A DNA stretch of 64,000 nucleotides, taken from the IMG/VR virus record IMGVR_UViG_3300022752_000043; one strand, 5' to 3'. Below, in pieces: positions 48,485 to 58,152 of the stretch. Within the stretch, counting starts at the first letter, position 1. Every line of letters begins with the position of its first letter. The position numbers and the translations under genes were made by a program. The DNA comes from a virus. A model generated the notes under the pieces. That model was not told the DNA's origin and searched no databases. It saw only the letters and a program-made list of their open reading frames with translations.

Positions 48485-50581
48485 TTATTTTGCGTTGTCC
48501 CTCACAAACTTTACCTCACAAGAATCTGTAGTGCAGTATCGTTCGCCTATGGCGTCTGCGGCCATCCCAGCATATACGCCCGTTAAATCAATCGGGAATA
48601 GCTTATTGACCTGATCTAAATATTCCTGCTCTGTTATTTGCGTGTAGGGCATTTGTGGATATGTATCATTGCCACTTGGAAGAAATGATACAGTTTTCAG
48701 TTGTCCGTCGTGCATGTGTAAAACAGTTCCAATATACTGAGCTTCTGTGTCTTTATTAAAAGATACAGTAACTGAAACAGAATTGTCTGACCAGTATCTC
48801 TGAGCAGTTGTAGCTAGCGCCATCTTTTCAAAAATTGTTACATCTTTTTCAGATCTGACAGCGTGAGATTTAATTGGGAAATATACAACAGAGGTTGTAT
48901 CCGGTGACTCAGCTGCTGGTTCAACTTTATAATTGGCCATTTTAAATAGTGGCAGCATTGGGTCTTCGTTTGAAAATCTAATTGTTCTATTAAAAAACTT
49001 ACCACCAGGAGTCCAGTGGACACCGGGGGACTCCCCTGCCAAAATCGAAACAGTACCAGATGGTTTAACTGTTGTCATTTTAATAGACTCACGAATCCCA
49101 AGCCATTCAGAATAAACATTGTCATATCTTTGTACTGTTTTATAACCTTGGTTCATCCACTCTTTTAGAACTGGCATTCCAAGACGGTCTGCAAAGTCTG
49201 CGACACCAGACATGGATGTTCCTATTCTCCTATTTCTTTGCATGATTGCGTTTGTTTCTTCCCAGTGTGTCGGCAAAAGAGTTACTGTTTTAGCGTATAG
49301 GTACGCAAATTTTAATGTGCGCTTGTAGTCTTCCAGGCTTTCGTGCCTACCCAAATAGGTCTCAACCAACGTACAGCACTCATAAGACTCCAGTGATTGC
49401 TCCGCACATGGATTGTACCCAGCGACTCTATGATCTTTATTGTTTGGCGGGTCGATCAGTCTGCCATATTTTCTGGAAATATCCATCCAGATAACACCTG
49501 GCTCACCATTTAATGAAATTCCCTCTATGATTGGGGTAAGATCTGCTCCAACTTCTGTTTCAACGGAATTGTTTGACATCCAACCCCAACCTGGTGCAGA
49601 TGGGTCGTAAGAGTTGCGCTCTGGAAATCTATCTTTGTTTTTTAAATTTAAAAATTGTTCATCATTTAACCTACCTATTAACAATTCTGCAGAACGTCTA
49701 ACGTTACCAGAAACAACACAAACTCCAATAAGATTGCCTATATCAGCAATGTCTACTCTTGTTAGCTTTGAGCCGCTTCTGCCAGCAAACATCCTGTTGA
49801 TATGCTGATGCAGCTTTAGGAGCGGCTCATGACCAGCAGCAACGCCTCCAAAAGTTTTTATTGGAGTACCAGATGGCCTTATCAGCGAATAGTCAAACGA
49901 GTATCTTGGTTGATTTTCTTTTAGGTAGGAATTTAACAATAAAGTTAATGACTCTACCCAGCCCTCTCTTGTGTCTGGAATAATATAAGTAATATTTTCA
50001 CCATTTGGTTCATGGATTATAAAATCTTTGTCTGCACCTTTGTCATCAAAACCAACGCCAACACCAAGCATTGAGGCCTCCATTAGGAACGCAAAGGGTC
50101 TTGCTGGATTTATTTTAGTCATTTCTGATGTTGAAACAAACGCGCAATTCTGTAGTGCCGCTGAGTTTTTCTGTACATTGACTATGTTTGTACCCATAGC
50201 CCAAAGGCCTCGACCAGGAGGGGTCCACTTAAGATTAAACAGTCTGTCAAATGCCTCTTTCGCGCTTGCTTGTGCCTTAGCGTCATTCCAAGGAAGTCTA
50301 TTCTTTTTGCAATGATCTTTCTGTAGAGAATAGGTTCCATTGATAACTCGCTCACATACATCTACCCATGATTCTTTTGATCCGTCCTCTTTTAATCTAC
50401 TGTAGGTTCTAAGAAATGTAATTTCTCCTACACTATTACCGCCTGCGTCTTTATACCCAAATGGGGATGGCTTCGATCTATAGCTATCTATAAATTCTTC
50501 ACTAATCCTAAAAGAAAACATAGTAGATTTTGCCGTTAGTGGGGCTGCGTCTGGATTTCCGTTTTCAATTTCTTGTATCAT
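48485..50581 (-). CDS. nrdJ: Adenosylcobalamin-dependent (class II) ribonucleotide reductase
   Basis: LQNCAFVSTSEM...MLGVGVGFDDKG...NPCAEQSLESYECCTLVETY...TTVKPSGTVSILAGESPGVHW. Confidence 0.85.
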   Translation of the reverse strand: MIQEIENGNPDAAPLTAKSTMFSFRISEEFIDSYRSKPSPFGYKDAGGNSVGEITFLRTYSRLKEDGSKESWVDVCERVINGTYSLQKDHCKKNRLPWNDAKAQASAKEAFDRLFNLKWTPPGRGLWAMGTNIVNVQKNSAALQNCAFVSTSEMTKINPARPFAFLMEASMLGVGVGFDDKGADKDFIIHEPNGENITYIIPDTREGWVESLTLLLNSYLKENQPRYSFDYSLIRPSGTPIKTFGGVAAGHEPLLKLHQHINRMFAGRSGSKLTRVDIADIGNLIGVCVVSGNVRRSAELLIGRLNDEQFLNLKNKDRFPERNSYDPSAPGWGWMSNNSVETEVGADLTPIIEGISLNGEPGVIWMDISRKYGRLIDPPNNKDHRVAGYNPCAEQSLESYECCTLVETYLGRHESLEDYKRTLKFAYLYAKTVTLLPTHWEETNAIMQRNRRIGTSMSGVADFADRLGMPVLKEWMNQGYKTVQRYDNVYSEWLGIRESIKMTTVKPSGTVSILAGESPGVHWTPGGKFFNRTIRFSNEDPMLPLFKMANYKVEPAAESPDTTSVVYFPIKSHAVRSEKDVTIFEKMALATTAQRYWSDNSVSVTVSFNKDTEAQYIGTVLHMHDGQLKTVSFLPSGNDTYPQMPYTQITEQEYLDQVNKLFPIDLTGVYAGMAADAIGERYCTTDSCEVKFVRDNAK

Positions 50582-50592
50582 TTTATTCTCCT

Positions 50593-51295
50593 TCAGTTAA
50601 CTACTAGTGTTTTAATAAATTTGGGATTTAGTTTTTCTATTTCTTTTGACTTTATTTTTTTGATTTGATCAAATGTGTATACATTATATATTTCTCTTTC
50701 AAAAAAGTATCCACTTCTCCAGTTAAATACTTTTTCTACATTATTTGTATGACTTGTAAATATATTAGATATAACAGCTCCACCATATATTCTAATTAGG
50801 TTCTGCATTTTTTTGTTAACAACTTCTTTTGTTTTCTCTGTTATAGCTCCACTGCTTTCTGCATGGGAGTATAGCCAGTTGTAAGCCTGTCTAGTAATCG
50901 GAGAGTAATCGATTGGATCTATGACACCTAGCTCTAATAATGATTTGTGATTATTCTGTATATCAATGTCTTTTTTTACAACTTCTCTGAATAAAGAAAA
51001 CCAGTCTTTTTCTTTATATTGGTTCCAAGTTGGACACCAAAAAAGCATCAAATGAACTGGATCTGGAATATTTGTTTTTTCCATAGTTGGAAGAAGCATT
51101 GTACACGCAATAGCTTTTTTAACTTCTTCCTTACTTAGGTCAGAATTTTTGTTTTTGTTTTCAAAATTTGTCCACAACTTACTAATGTGGGTATCCCAAT
51201 CTGATTCTCCGAATATATATATTCAGATACTTTTCTGCCAAATCCAGTGGCATTGTACCCTTATTAACTACCGACATCATCTTCTCTAACATCAT
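50593..51295 (-). CDS. Hypothetical protein, 233 aa, requires CGGA at 51211-51208
   Basis: MLEKMMSVVNKGTMPLDLAEKYLNIYI[G]ESDWDTHISKLWTNFENKNKN... Confidence 0.75.
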
Positions 51296-51361
51296 CTGGA
51301 TAATCCTTATTAAATCTACTGAAAATCGAATAAACCTATATACTGTCTCTTATAACTAACA

Positions 51362-51385
51362 ATCCCGCCCTGTTAGGGGCGGGAT
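51362..51385. terminator. Hairpin ATCCCGCCC...GGGCGGGAT
   Basis: 9-bp perfect inverted repeat. Confidence 0.65.
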
Positions 51386-51416
51386 AAACATTATTCATGT
51401 CCATTTCCGCTGCACA

Positions 51417-51426
51417 ATTATAGCAG
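51417..51426 (-). promoter_or_regulatory. Candidate promoter core CTGCTATAAT
   Basis: Same motif as 21740 and 44269. Confidence 0.4.
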
Positions 51427-51460
51427 GAGGAAATGTTGTTAGATTGTTTTTGAACGAAAA

Positions 51461-52042
51461 TTACAAAGCGCTTCTAATACCCTTAAATTCCAAAACTTTA
51501 TTTCTACCGTAGTCAGATGCGGTGTTTGATTGACCATAGCCACTTGGGAATACATTCGCGCTCGCTACACCATCAAATGTGTAGTTATCGTACAGGCTGT
51601 AGTCTGTTGTTCTCTGAGCATGTCCGTAGCCTGAGCTAAAAGCTTCGGCTGAGGCAACGCCGTCAAAAACGTAATTCGTGTAGAGTGCGTAGGCTCTTGT
51701 TTTATCTGAAGCGTGTCCGTAACCTGAAGTAAACACTCCAGAAACACCCTTGTAGGTATGTGGTTTAAATCTAGCGCCTTCGTAACCAACACCATCGGCC
51801 ATGGTTCCCGAGAGTGGGTGGACATAAAGTGTGGTTCCGTTAAAGATCTGGGACAATAGAACGTTGCCTGGGTGACGACCAGTGCCAGGAACGTAGTGAT
51901 TATCTGGGCCACCAGTTAAAACGCCTGGGGCAAAGAGTGGGTAGAAAGAGTAGGTGCCAGCAGTACCCTTCCACGGATTAACCATGTCGCTGCTGTTACG
52001 GCCCCTAAGAACCGGCCTTGGACCAACATAAAATGTAGCCAT
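51461..52042 (-). CDS. Repeat-containing putative virion protein
   Basis: Internal units YTNYVFDGVASAEAFSSGYGHA / YDNYTFDGVASANVFPSGYGQS. Confidence 0.55.
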   Translation of the reverse strand: MATFYVGPRPVLRGRNSSDMVNPWKGTAGTYSFYPLFAPGVLTGGPDNHYVPGTGRHPGNVLLSQIFNGTTLYVHPLSGTMADGVGYEGARFKPHTYKGVSGVFTSGYGHASDKTRAYALYTNYVFDGVASAEAFSSGYGHAQRTTDYSLYDNYTFDGVASANVFPSGYGQSNTASDYGRNKVLEFKGIRSAL

Positions 52043-52108
52043 ATCAGTATCTCCTTAGATTTGCTTTCCTATATAGTAAAAAGAAATAGCTTTTTTACAC
52101 TTTTAAAA

Positions 52109-53377
52109 TTAAGTATAATTTATAATTAAGTCAGACAAAACTGGAGCCGTTCCGTCCCCCAATTTGTTAAGTGTGACCTCAATCCATACGGACGTAGACC
52201 CAGGTACTACATCCAAAGTATAAGAGGACCCCTGCTTATAGATCACTCTGTAGCTAAATGCGGTTGATATAAGCTCATCCGGAACGTTATACATCTTCGG
52301 TATGACTTCTTCTACGTTTTGAATTGTAGTGTTATTTGGAGCAGTAAACTTTATTATTGTTTTTCCAGTATCCAAAAACTTTTGGGACCTTACATCAATA
52401 TCGGATAGCCCATATGTGTATACGTACTTGCCGTTTTCTGATATATAGCTTCTTTGTCTTAAGAGAACTCTAATCGCATTAATTTGTATTGGAGGGAAAT
52501 AGAATCCAATAGGACCAGAATTCAAAATTACGTCATTACCAAGTACAGACCAGCCACCCGGTGGCACCTTACCAATAGCTTCTGTTTGATTATTGTAAAG
52601 CCTATTAAAGTTGAGGGGTGTCCACGTACTGGTGGAATCTAAGGCGGGATTTGTGTCCGAAGAATATTCCAACGAAAGAACATCAACACCGAATATAGGA
52701 TATGGTATTAATGAAACAAAATTACTTGCTGCAGAACCGGAAAAAGACGATGGTATTTTTATATATAAATACATCTGAGCGCCCGCTGCCGATGGGGCAT
52801 CGGCAATAACGTTTCTCTTCCAAAATTTATCAGAGGAATCCAGTAAAGAATAATAAACTGGAGTAGTATCAATCAAAGAGTTAGTCGTATCAACTCCACT
52901 AAAGGAGTTGTCTATTTTCATTTCAAGAAAATCCGGTATTACCTGCGCGTTGGCTGAATCAAAAAACTTAATCTTTGAATGCGAAGATCCCTGAACCCTA
53001 GGAAGAGTAATAATGTTGTATGTATGATCAAAGCTTAACGCTTCTGTGCTAGTTATCGCAAAAGTTGGATCTGAAATAAAAGACGCTACATCTATTTGCG
53101 AGTAGGTGTATATCGATAACTTTTTGTAGCCAGACTCTGACTCATACTCCAAAGCTTTAACTCTATCTTCCAAATCTAATACTGCCATCGATAAAGAGTG
53201 GTGATCCTTTAAAACTCTCTCAAATGCCTCAGACAACTTTTGATCAAGTATGCCAGACCTGTTGTAAAGGTGCACAAGATCATTATAGTTCTGCTCTGCC
53301 CTTAAATTAAAATCTGAACTACTTACTGGTCCATTGTATTGAACTGTTCTATTTTCTGAGTCTAAAAAATCAGACAT
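52109..53377 (-). CDS. Putative tail/baseplate structural protein
   Basis: Beta-rich sequence and position in virion cluster. Confidence 0.5.
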   Translation of the reverse strand: MSDFLDSENRTVQYNGPVSSSDFNLRAEQNYNDLVHLYNRSGILDQKLSEAFERVLKDHHSLSMAVLDLEDRVKALEYESESGYKKLSIYTYSQIDVASFISDPTFAITSTEALSFDHTYNIITLPRVQGSSHSKIKFFDSANAQVIPDFLEMKIDNSFSGVDTTNSLIDTTPVYYSLLDSSDKFWKRNVIADAPSAAGAQMYLYIKIPSSFSGSAASNFVSLIPYPIFGVDVLSLEYSSDTNPALDSTSTWTPLNFNRLYNNQTEAIGKVPPGGWSVLGNDVILNSGPIGFYFPPIQINAIRVLLRQRSYISENGKYVYTYGLSDIDVRSQKFLDTGKTIIKFTAPNNTTIQNVEEVIPKMYNVPDELISTAFSYRVIYKQGSSYTLDVVPGSTSVWIEVTLNKLGDGTAPVLSDLIINYT

Positions 53378-53378
53378 A

Positions 53379-53813
53379 TTACCTCACTCGTCTTTCTAGT
53401 TGATTAATCTTAAAATTTAAATTTGATAGTTTGGCGGCAATTGCTGTTGTTGTGTATATTTTATCGGTTTCGTCTGTCAATGACGGAGTAGCTGCCGCAT
53501 GAGCGTTAAAAAAAGAAACTGAATCTGGCGTTAAATCATAGTACTTTGCGCCATAAAATTCTGAATCAGTTGTATTTTCTATTTGATGAGTTGTTGAATT
53601 TTCAGCTCCTATAAATGTTTTTACTTTATTAAATATTTTGGTATTCAGTAATTCAAATTCGATATATAGTCTTTGAACATCTAAGTATACCTTTTGATAA
53701 AATAAATTTTCTGTATGGCTTTTTCTGGGTCCCCTGTAAAAAGCACGAATTTTTTTCAACAGCGGTTGCCTAATAATTTTCTTTTTTTGTGGATCCTGAT
53801 ATGAAATTGCCAT
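53379..53813 (-). CDS. Virion-cluster hypothetical protein
   Basis: Gene order. Confidence 0.4.
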   Translation of the reverse strand: MAISYQDPQKKKIIRQPLLKKIRAFYRGPRKSHTENLFYQKVYLDVQRLYIEFELLNTKIFNKVKTFIGAENSTTHQIENTTDSEFYGAKYYDLTPDSVSFFNAHAAATPSLTDETDKIYTTTAIAAKLSNLNFKINQLERRVR

Positions 53814-53818
53814 GGTTA

Positions 53819-56011
53819 CTACGCAAGCTCCTCGTCCTGTATGTGCTGTGCTTTCTTAAATTTTACCGTATATGAATCAATTGATGGGGAGCCAATTGGG
53901 TTTTGTGACCTTGAAAGATCAGCCCTAAATCGAACTGATTCGATCTTATTTGGATTATTTGTATAATAGAATATTCTAGAATTTGACCTAATGTCTGTTC
54001 TGCTCATTATTTCTTTGTTGCCAAAAAAGTTTTCTATTGTAAATACGTAATCATATTCAGATCTATTTTTCTTGAATTCAAGTGGATCAACATAACTGTA
54101 GTAATCCAAGTATACAAGACCATAATTTGCTAGAGTTTTTCCTTCCATAAGCGTTATTGAACCGTTAGCACTGCCTTCAATATCTATCGCTACTCTAACG
54201 GAATTAACTCCTTGTTTAAAATTCCATTCAATTGTTTCAGAAAACTGACCAGCGGGTATGTAAGTCGGCTTACCGTTTAGGTATACTGCTACATTCCAAT
54301 CTTTGGAAATACTATCGTTTTTAATAAATGTATGTCTTACGGTTTTTTCAGATGAACAAAGAACTTTAGTGTCTAAAAGAACACTTATCCCAGATAAATT
54401 AGGGCCAACAAAAAACGTTGGGTTTTGAGAGACATCATATTTTGGTATAGTATAAAGCTGCCTAACGCTTGAACGACCGTTAATTATAGAATCCCAAGTA
54501 GATAGTCCGTCTATTTCGTTAAATATTTTTTGCGTATAATTAACATAATATCCATTTACTAAACCAGTACCTGATAATATGTAGGAATTATAAGGATTAT
54601 CAAAACTATCAATTTTTGCTACTCTATATATTAAACTACCTGGATATAAATCCACTGTTGGATTTTGCTGATTAATATTTTGGACATCCGCTTTTGCAGC
54701 GAGGGGTATTTTTTGTATTTCTGTTTCTGAGTTTTGAACTTGATCTACTATTTTTTTTGACCTTAAATATGTACCCTCAAACTTAACAACTGAAGGGTAG
54801 GAAGCAAGGGGGTCATTTGTAGCTGAAATTGGTATCCAACTAAAATCCGAAAGGATTTGCGCTGCTGGGTTATCTTCTGCAATAAAATACGAAATGGATC
54901 CGTTTTCAAAGCCAGACTGATTAACAGATATCGAAATACTGTCTATCGCTAAATTTTTATTATCATTGGTTTTTAATTTTATCGGCTTGCTAACATAAGT
55001 AGCAGCTCGTTCATAATATTTTCCAGATATAGATATATCCCTAAAACCGTATCGATATACATATTTATCTTTTTTATTCTCTTCTATATAGTCTGGTTCT
55101 GATTTTGTAAAATATAAATCTATAGATGCTACGTCGCCAGCTTCAAAATTAAAAGAAAATCTATCGTAGTCTTTGGATGATTTTTTACCAAATACGTTAC
55201 TCTTTTTTGTTGGATCAGAATAGTTTACTCTACAATATATATCAACTGGAGAAATTGTATTTAACCTTCCAGATATAGAAGAAACAACAACACTACTTGT
55301 AATGGGCAAATTTATTTGGAAGGTTATTAAGCCTACGGAATCAAAATTAAATGTTTTATTCCATTCCGTGTTTTCCAGCCCATCAAATACAGACGGGAAA
55401 AATGACTCATCAGAAATTGCCTGATTTGAGTAGATTGAATTTTTATTAAAAGAAAGTGAATATGTTGCTCCTCGAGGGACTACGCTCTTTGCCGAAACAA
55501 GATCAAATACCGCCGAGGACAACGTGGGAAGTGTCACCTTTCCATTTGAGATGTCAACATACGCACTGGTAAACGATAAATCAGTACCATCAGCTGTTGC
55601 AAAACTGTCAGTGTAAGCCGAAAAGACTCCATCTGAGTTTTGATTTGTAAACATAATATCGTCAATTTTATTTTCTAATTCTATTCTTCTTGCTCGTAAA
55701 TTTTGTAATCTTTTATTTAAAGCGGTCGTTGTTGACATAATTTCTTCAGCGTTTTCAGAAATTGCATCGTACAATATTTCCATATTAAACAGCGTGTGCA
55801 GCATTCTTTGGTTGACAACGTCTACGTTACTGGCAAACAATTGTCTAAATATTTCAGACTCTAGAGGCAGCGGTTGTCCAATTTGATAGTTGGAAAAGTA
55901 TCTAGAAAAAAAATCTAGAACTTCTGATTCCTTTGGAATATAACCAGAAGAATAAAGATTTCTATAAATGACGTCTAGGAATTTTTCTTTTTGTATATTT
56001 GAGATGCTCAT
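53819..56011 (-). CDS. Large putative tail/baseplate protein
   Basis: Beta-rich 730-aa ORF. Confidence 0.5.
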   Translation of the reverse strand: MSISNIQKEKFLDVIYRNLYSSGYIPKESEVLDFFSRYFSNYQIGQPLPLESEIFRQLFASNVDVVNQRMLHTLFNMEILYDAISENAEEIMSTTTALNKRLQNLRARRIELENKIDDIMFTNQNSDGVFSAYTDSFATADGTDLSFTSAYVDISNGKVTLPTLSSAVFDLVSAKSVVPRGATYSLSFNKNSIYSNQAISDESFFPSVFDGLENTEWNKTFNFDSVGLITFQINLPITSSVVVSSISGRLNTISPVDIYCRVNYSDPTKKSNVFGKKSSKDYDRFSFNFEAGDVASIDLYFTKSEPDYIEENKKDKYVYRYGFRDISISGKYYERAATYVSKPIKLKTNDNKNLAIDSISISVNQSGFENGSISYFIAEDNPAAQILSDFSWIPISATNDPLASYPSVVKFEGTYLRSKKIVDQVQNSETEIQKIPLAAKADVQNINQQNPTVDLYPGSLIYRVAKIDSFDNPYNSYILSGTGLVNGYYVNYTQKIFNEIDGLSTWDSIINGRSSVRQLYTIPKYDVSQNPTFFVGPNLSGISVLLDTKVLCSSEKTVRHTFIKNDSISKDWNVAVYLNGKPTYIPAGQFSETIEWNFKQGVNSVRVAIDIEGSANGSITLMEGKTLANYGLVYLDYYSYVDPLEFKKNRSEYDYVFTIENFFGNKEIMSRTDIRSNSRIFYYTNNPNKIESVRFRADLSRSQNPIGSPSIDSYTVKFKKAQHIQDEELA

Positions 56012-58147
56012 GACTGCTCAACTCTTCCCATTATTTTATAAGAGTAAATAACCGGGGTTACATTTGCGTAACGAGGTTTAAAGATTTCTATTTTAACTTT
56101 AATTCTCTTAGTTTCTACGGGGATTGCCGGACTATTATAGTAACCAACGCCGCCCACCTTTTCCCCAGACTGTATAAATTCATTAAACGAAAGGACTTCT
56201 GGTATGCCTATAAAAGGATTTTCAATTGGAGATACTCTGATCCAATTCTTTGCCTCATCTAAAGAAACATATACTTTAATTAATTGTTCATTTGGGTTTG
56301 TGGATTTATAATCCACTTTTGAATCTAATGAAACTGTTAAGTTTTTAATATTATATGGAAACTCATACGTATTAGAAACAAATTCAGCTTTAGGAGCATA
56401 GATGTGATAGCCAATATCTATGGAACGAATCCCTATGGCGAATCTCTTTGCTGAATAAACTTCGTAATCTTTTTTAAGACTTATTGAAGCCGTATATGTC
56501 TTAGGGTTGAATGCCGCTTTAATGGTTTCAATAGAAATATTTTGAAAATTTGAAGAAGACCATTCACCAGAAGATATTTTTGAATCAATATAAGCTTTGA
56601 CTCTATCAGCTGCGTCTTTAGATTCTGCTTTCCAAGCTAAATTGGAATCGGTAGATGCCGCTTTTTCTTGTTGTTTTTCTGGAGTTTCAAAACCAGTAAA
56701 AGAATTTGTGTAATAATATTTAGTTAAAGACGTTCCAGATTGTCTTTGAAATGTAATTGTATATGTGTCAGCTTTTTCCTGATCTTTATATGTAACATTT
56801 ATTTGCTTAACGGATAAATCAGACTGCTCCTTGTATATATTGGGTCGAGTTACTGGAGGAACTAAATCAAAGGTGTTATACTGTATTTCACTAAAGCCCA
56901 AAGAGCTCAAGGCACTAGGATCAAATCTTGTTTGAGTATTTAAAGCCGAGAGCCTACCAGAGGATGGTAAAGGCTTCCAATACATATGCTTAATCTTAAT
57001 GTTGTTGGAATCAGCTTGTTCCATGTGGACTTGGATTTCTGCTGTTGTAACTTCAGGAAAAACTAATTTAACTTTATCGTAAAAGTAATTTTTTGAAGAT
57101 TCTATTGTAGATGGAACTACCGAACTGCCAACATAAATTGGTTCATTAATTAAATCTATTTCTTTTGCTGATGAATCTATTGCCACGACTCTTGCTATCT
57201 TGAGTTCAGCATTAGGGTTCTGGTCAGTTCCCCAAAATGGGATAATACTTATGTTATTTGTTTTTTGTGCTCTATCAGATTTAAAACTTAAAACCAATTT
57301 GAGGTTTTGCTGAGGGTCATTGCTAATCCACGATTTATATTTTGTAGTTGTAGAGTTTTGTGTTTTTTCTTCGTAAGAATAAAGAAACTCGTAGTCTTTT
57401 GCACCGCGTGCTGCGATGTCTGCTTTGTTTACAAAAATAGATTCATACTCAAAGTAGGTCAATGGATTTGAGTCTACGATGTTTTGCAGTAAACCGGCAG
57501 ACGGGTTATCCTGATAGGAGTACTTATAGTTTGAATTTATATCATCTTTAACATAGGCAGCATGGTTGTTACCCATAAACCCATTCGACTTACTCTCATC
57601 TACAGAAACTGATTTTACAATCCAAGAATTGCTATTTTCAAACTGCAGGGAGGCAGCTCCTCCGGCTAATCAATGGAAGGGTTCTGCTATTGCCGATATC
57701 TATGAAATCCAAATTGTCAAAAGAGTCCGCAAAATAAAATAGATCATCCCCAGGGCTATTTGTATAGGCGTTTAGTATTTTTACTTTAGACTTGAATCTA
57801 TTAATAAATCTTGATTCTTTTTCTATTTCTGAATTAAACATATTAAACAAAGATACAACCATAGCCGTTTGATAGTCTAGCTGTTTTGCTATTATATTAA
57901 GATCACTTGAAACTGAGTTTATAAACCTATTCATTTTTTCTGATGAAGGCGGCTCTCCCTTAATAATCGGTTCATACTTTGAACTTTGTTTTAATACAAA
58001 CTTATTAATTTCTGTAATTAATGAATTATATTCTTCAGATATTTCAGTATATGAGGCTGTTTTATTATTTCTATATTTAGAAATAAATTCTTGTATCTTT
58101 TTTATTATTTGATCATAATAAATTGTATTTGTAGATAGTTGAGCCAT
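56008..58147 (-). CDS. Large putative tail/baseplate protein, about 712 aa, requires CGGA at 57664-57661
   Basis: ORFs 57638..58147 and 56008..57576 join: NSRTLPLIS[G]GAASLQFENSNSWIVKSVSVDESKSNGFMGNNHAAY. Confidence 0.85.
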
Positions 58148-58152
58148 AATAA

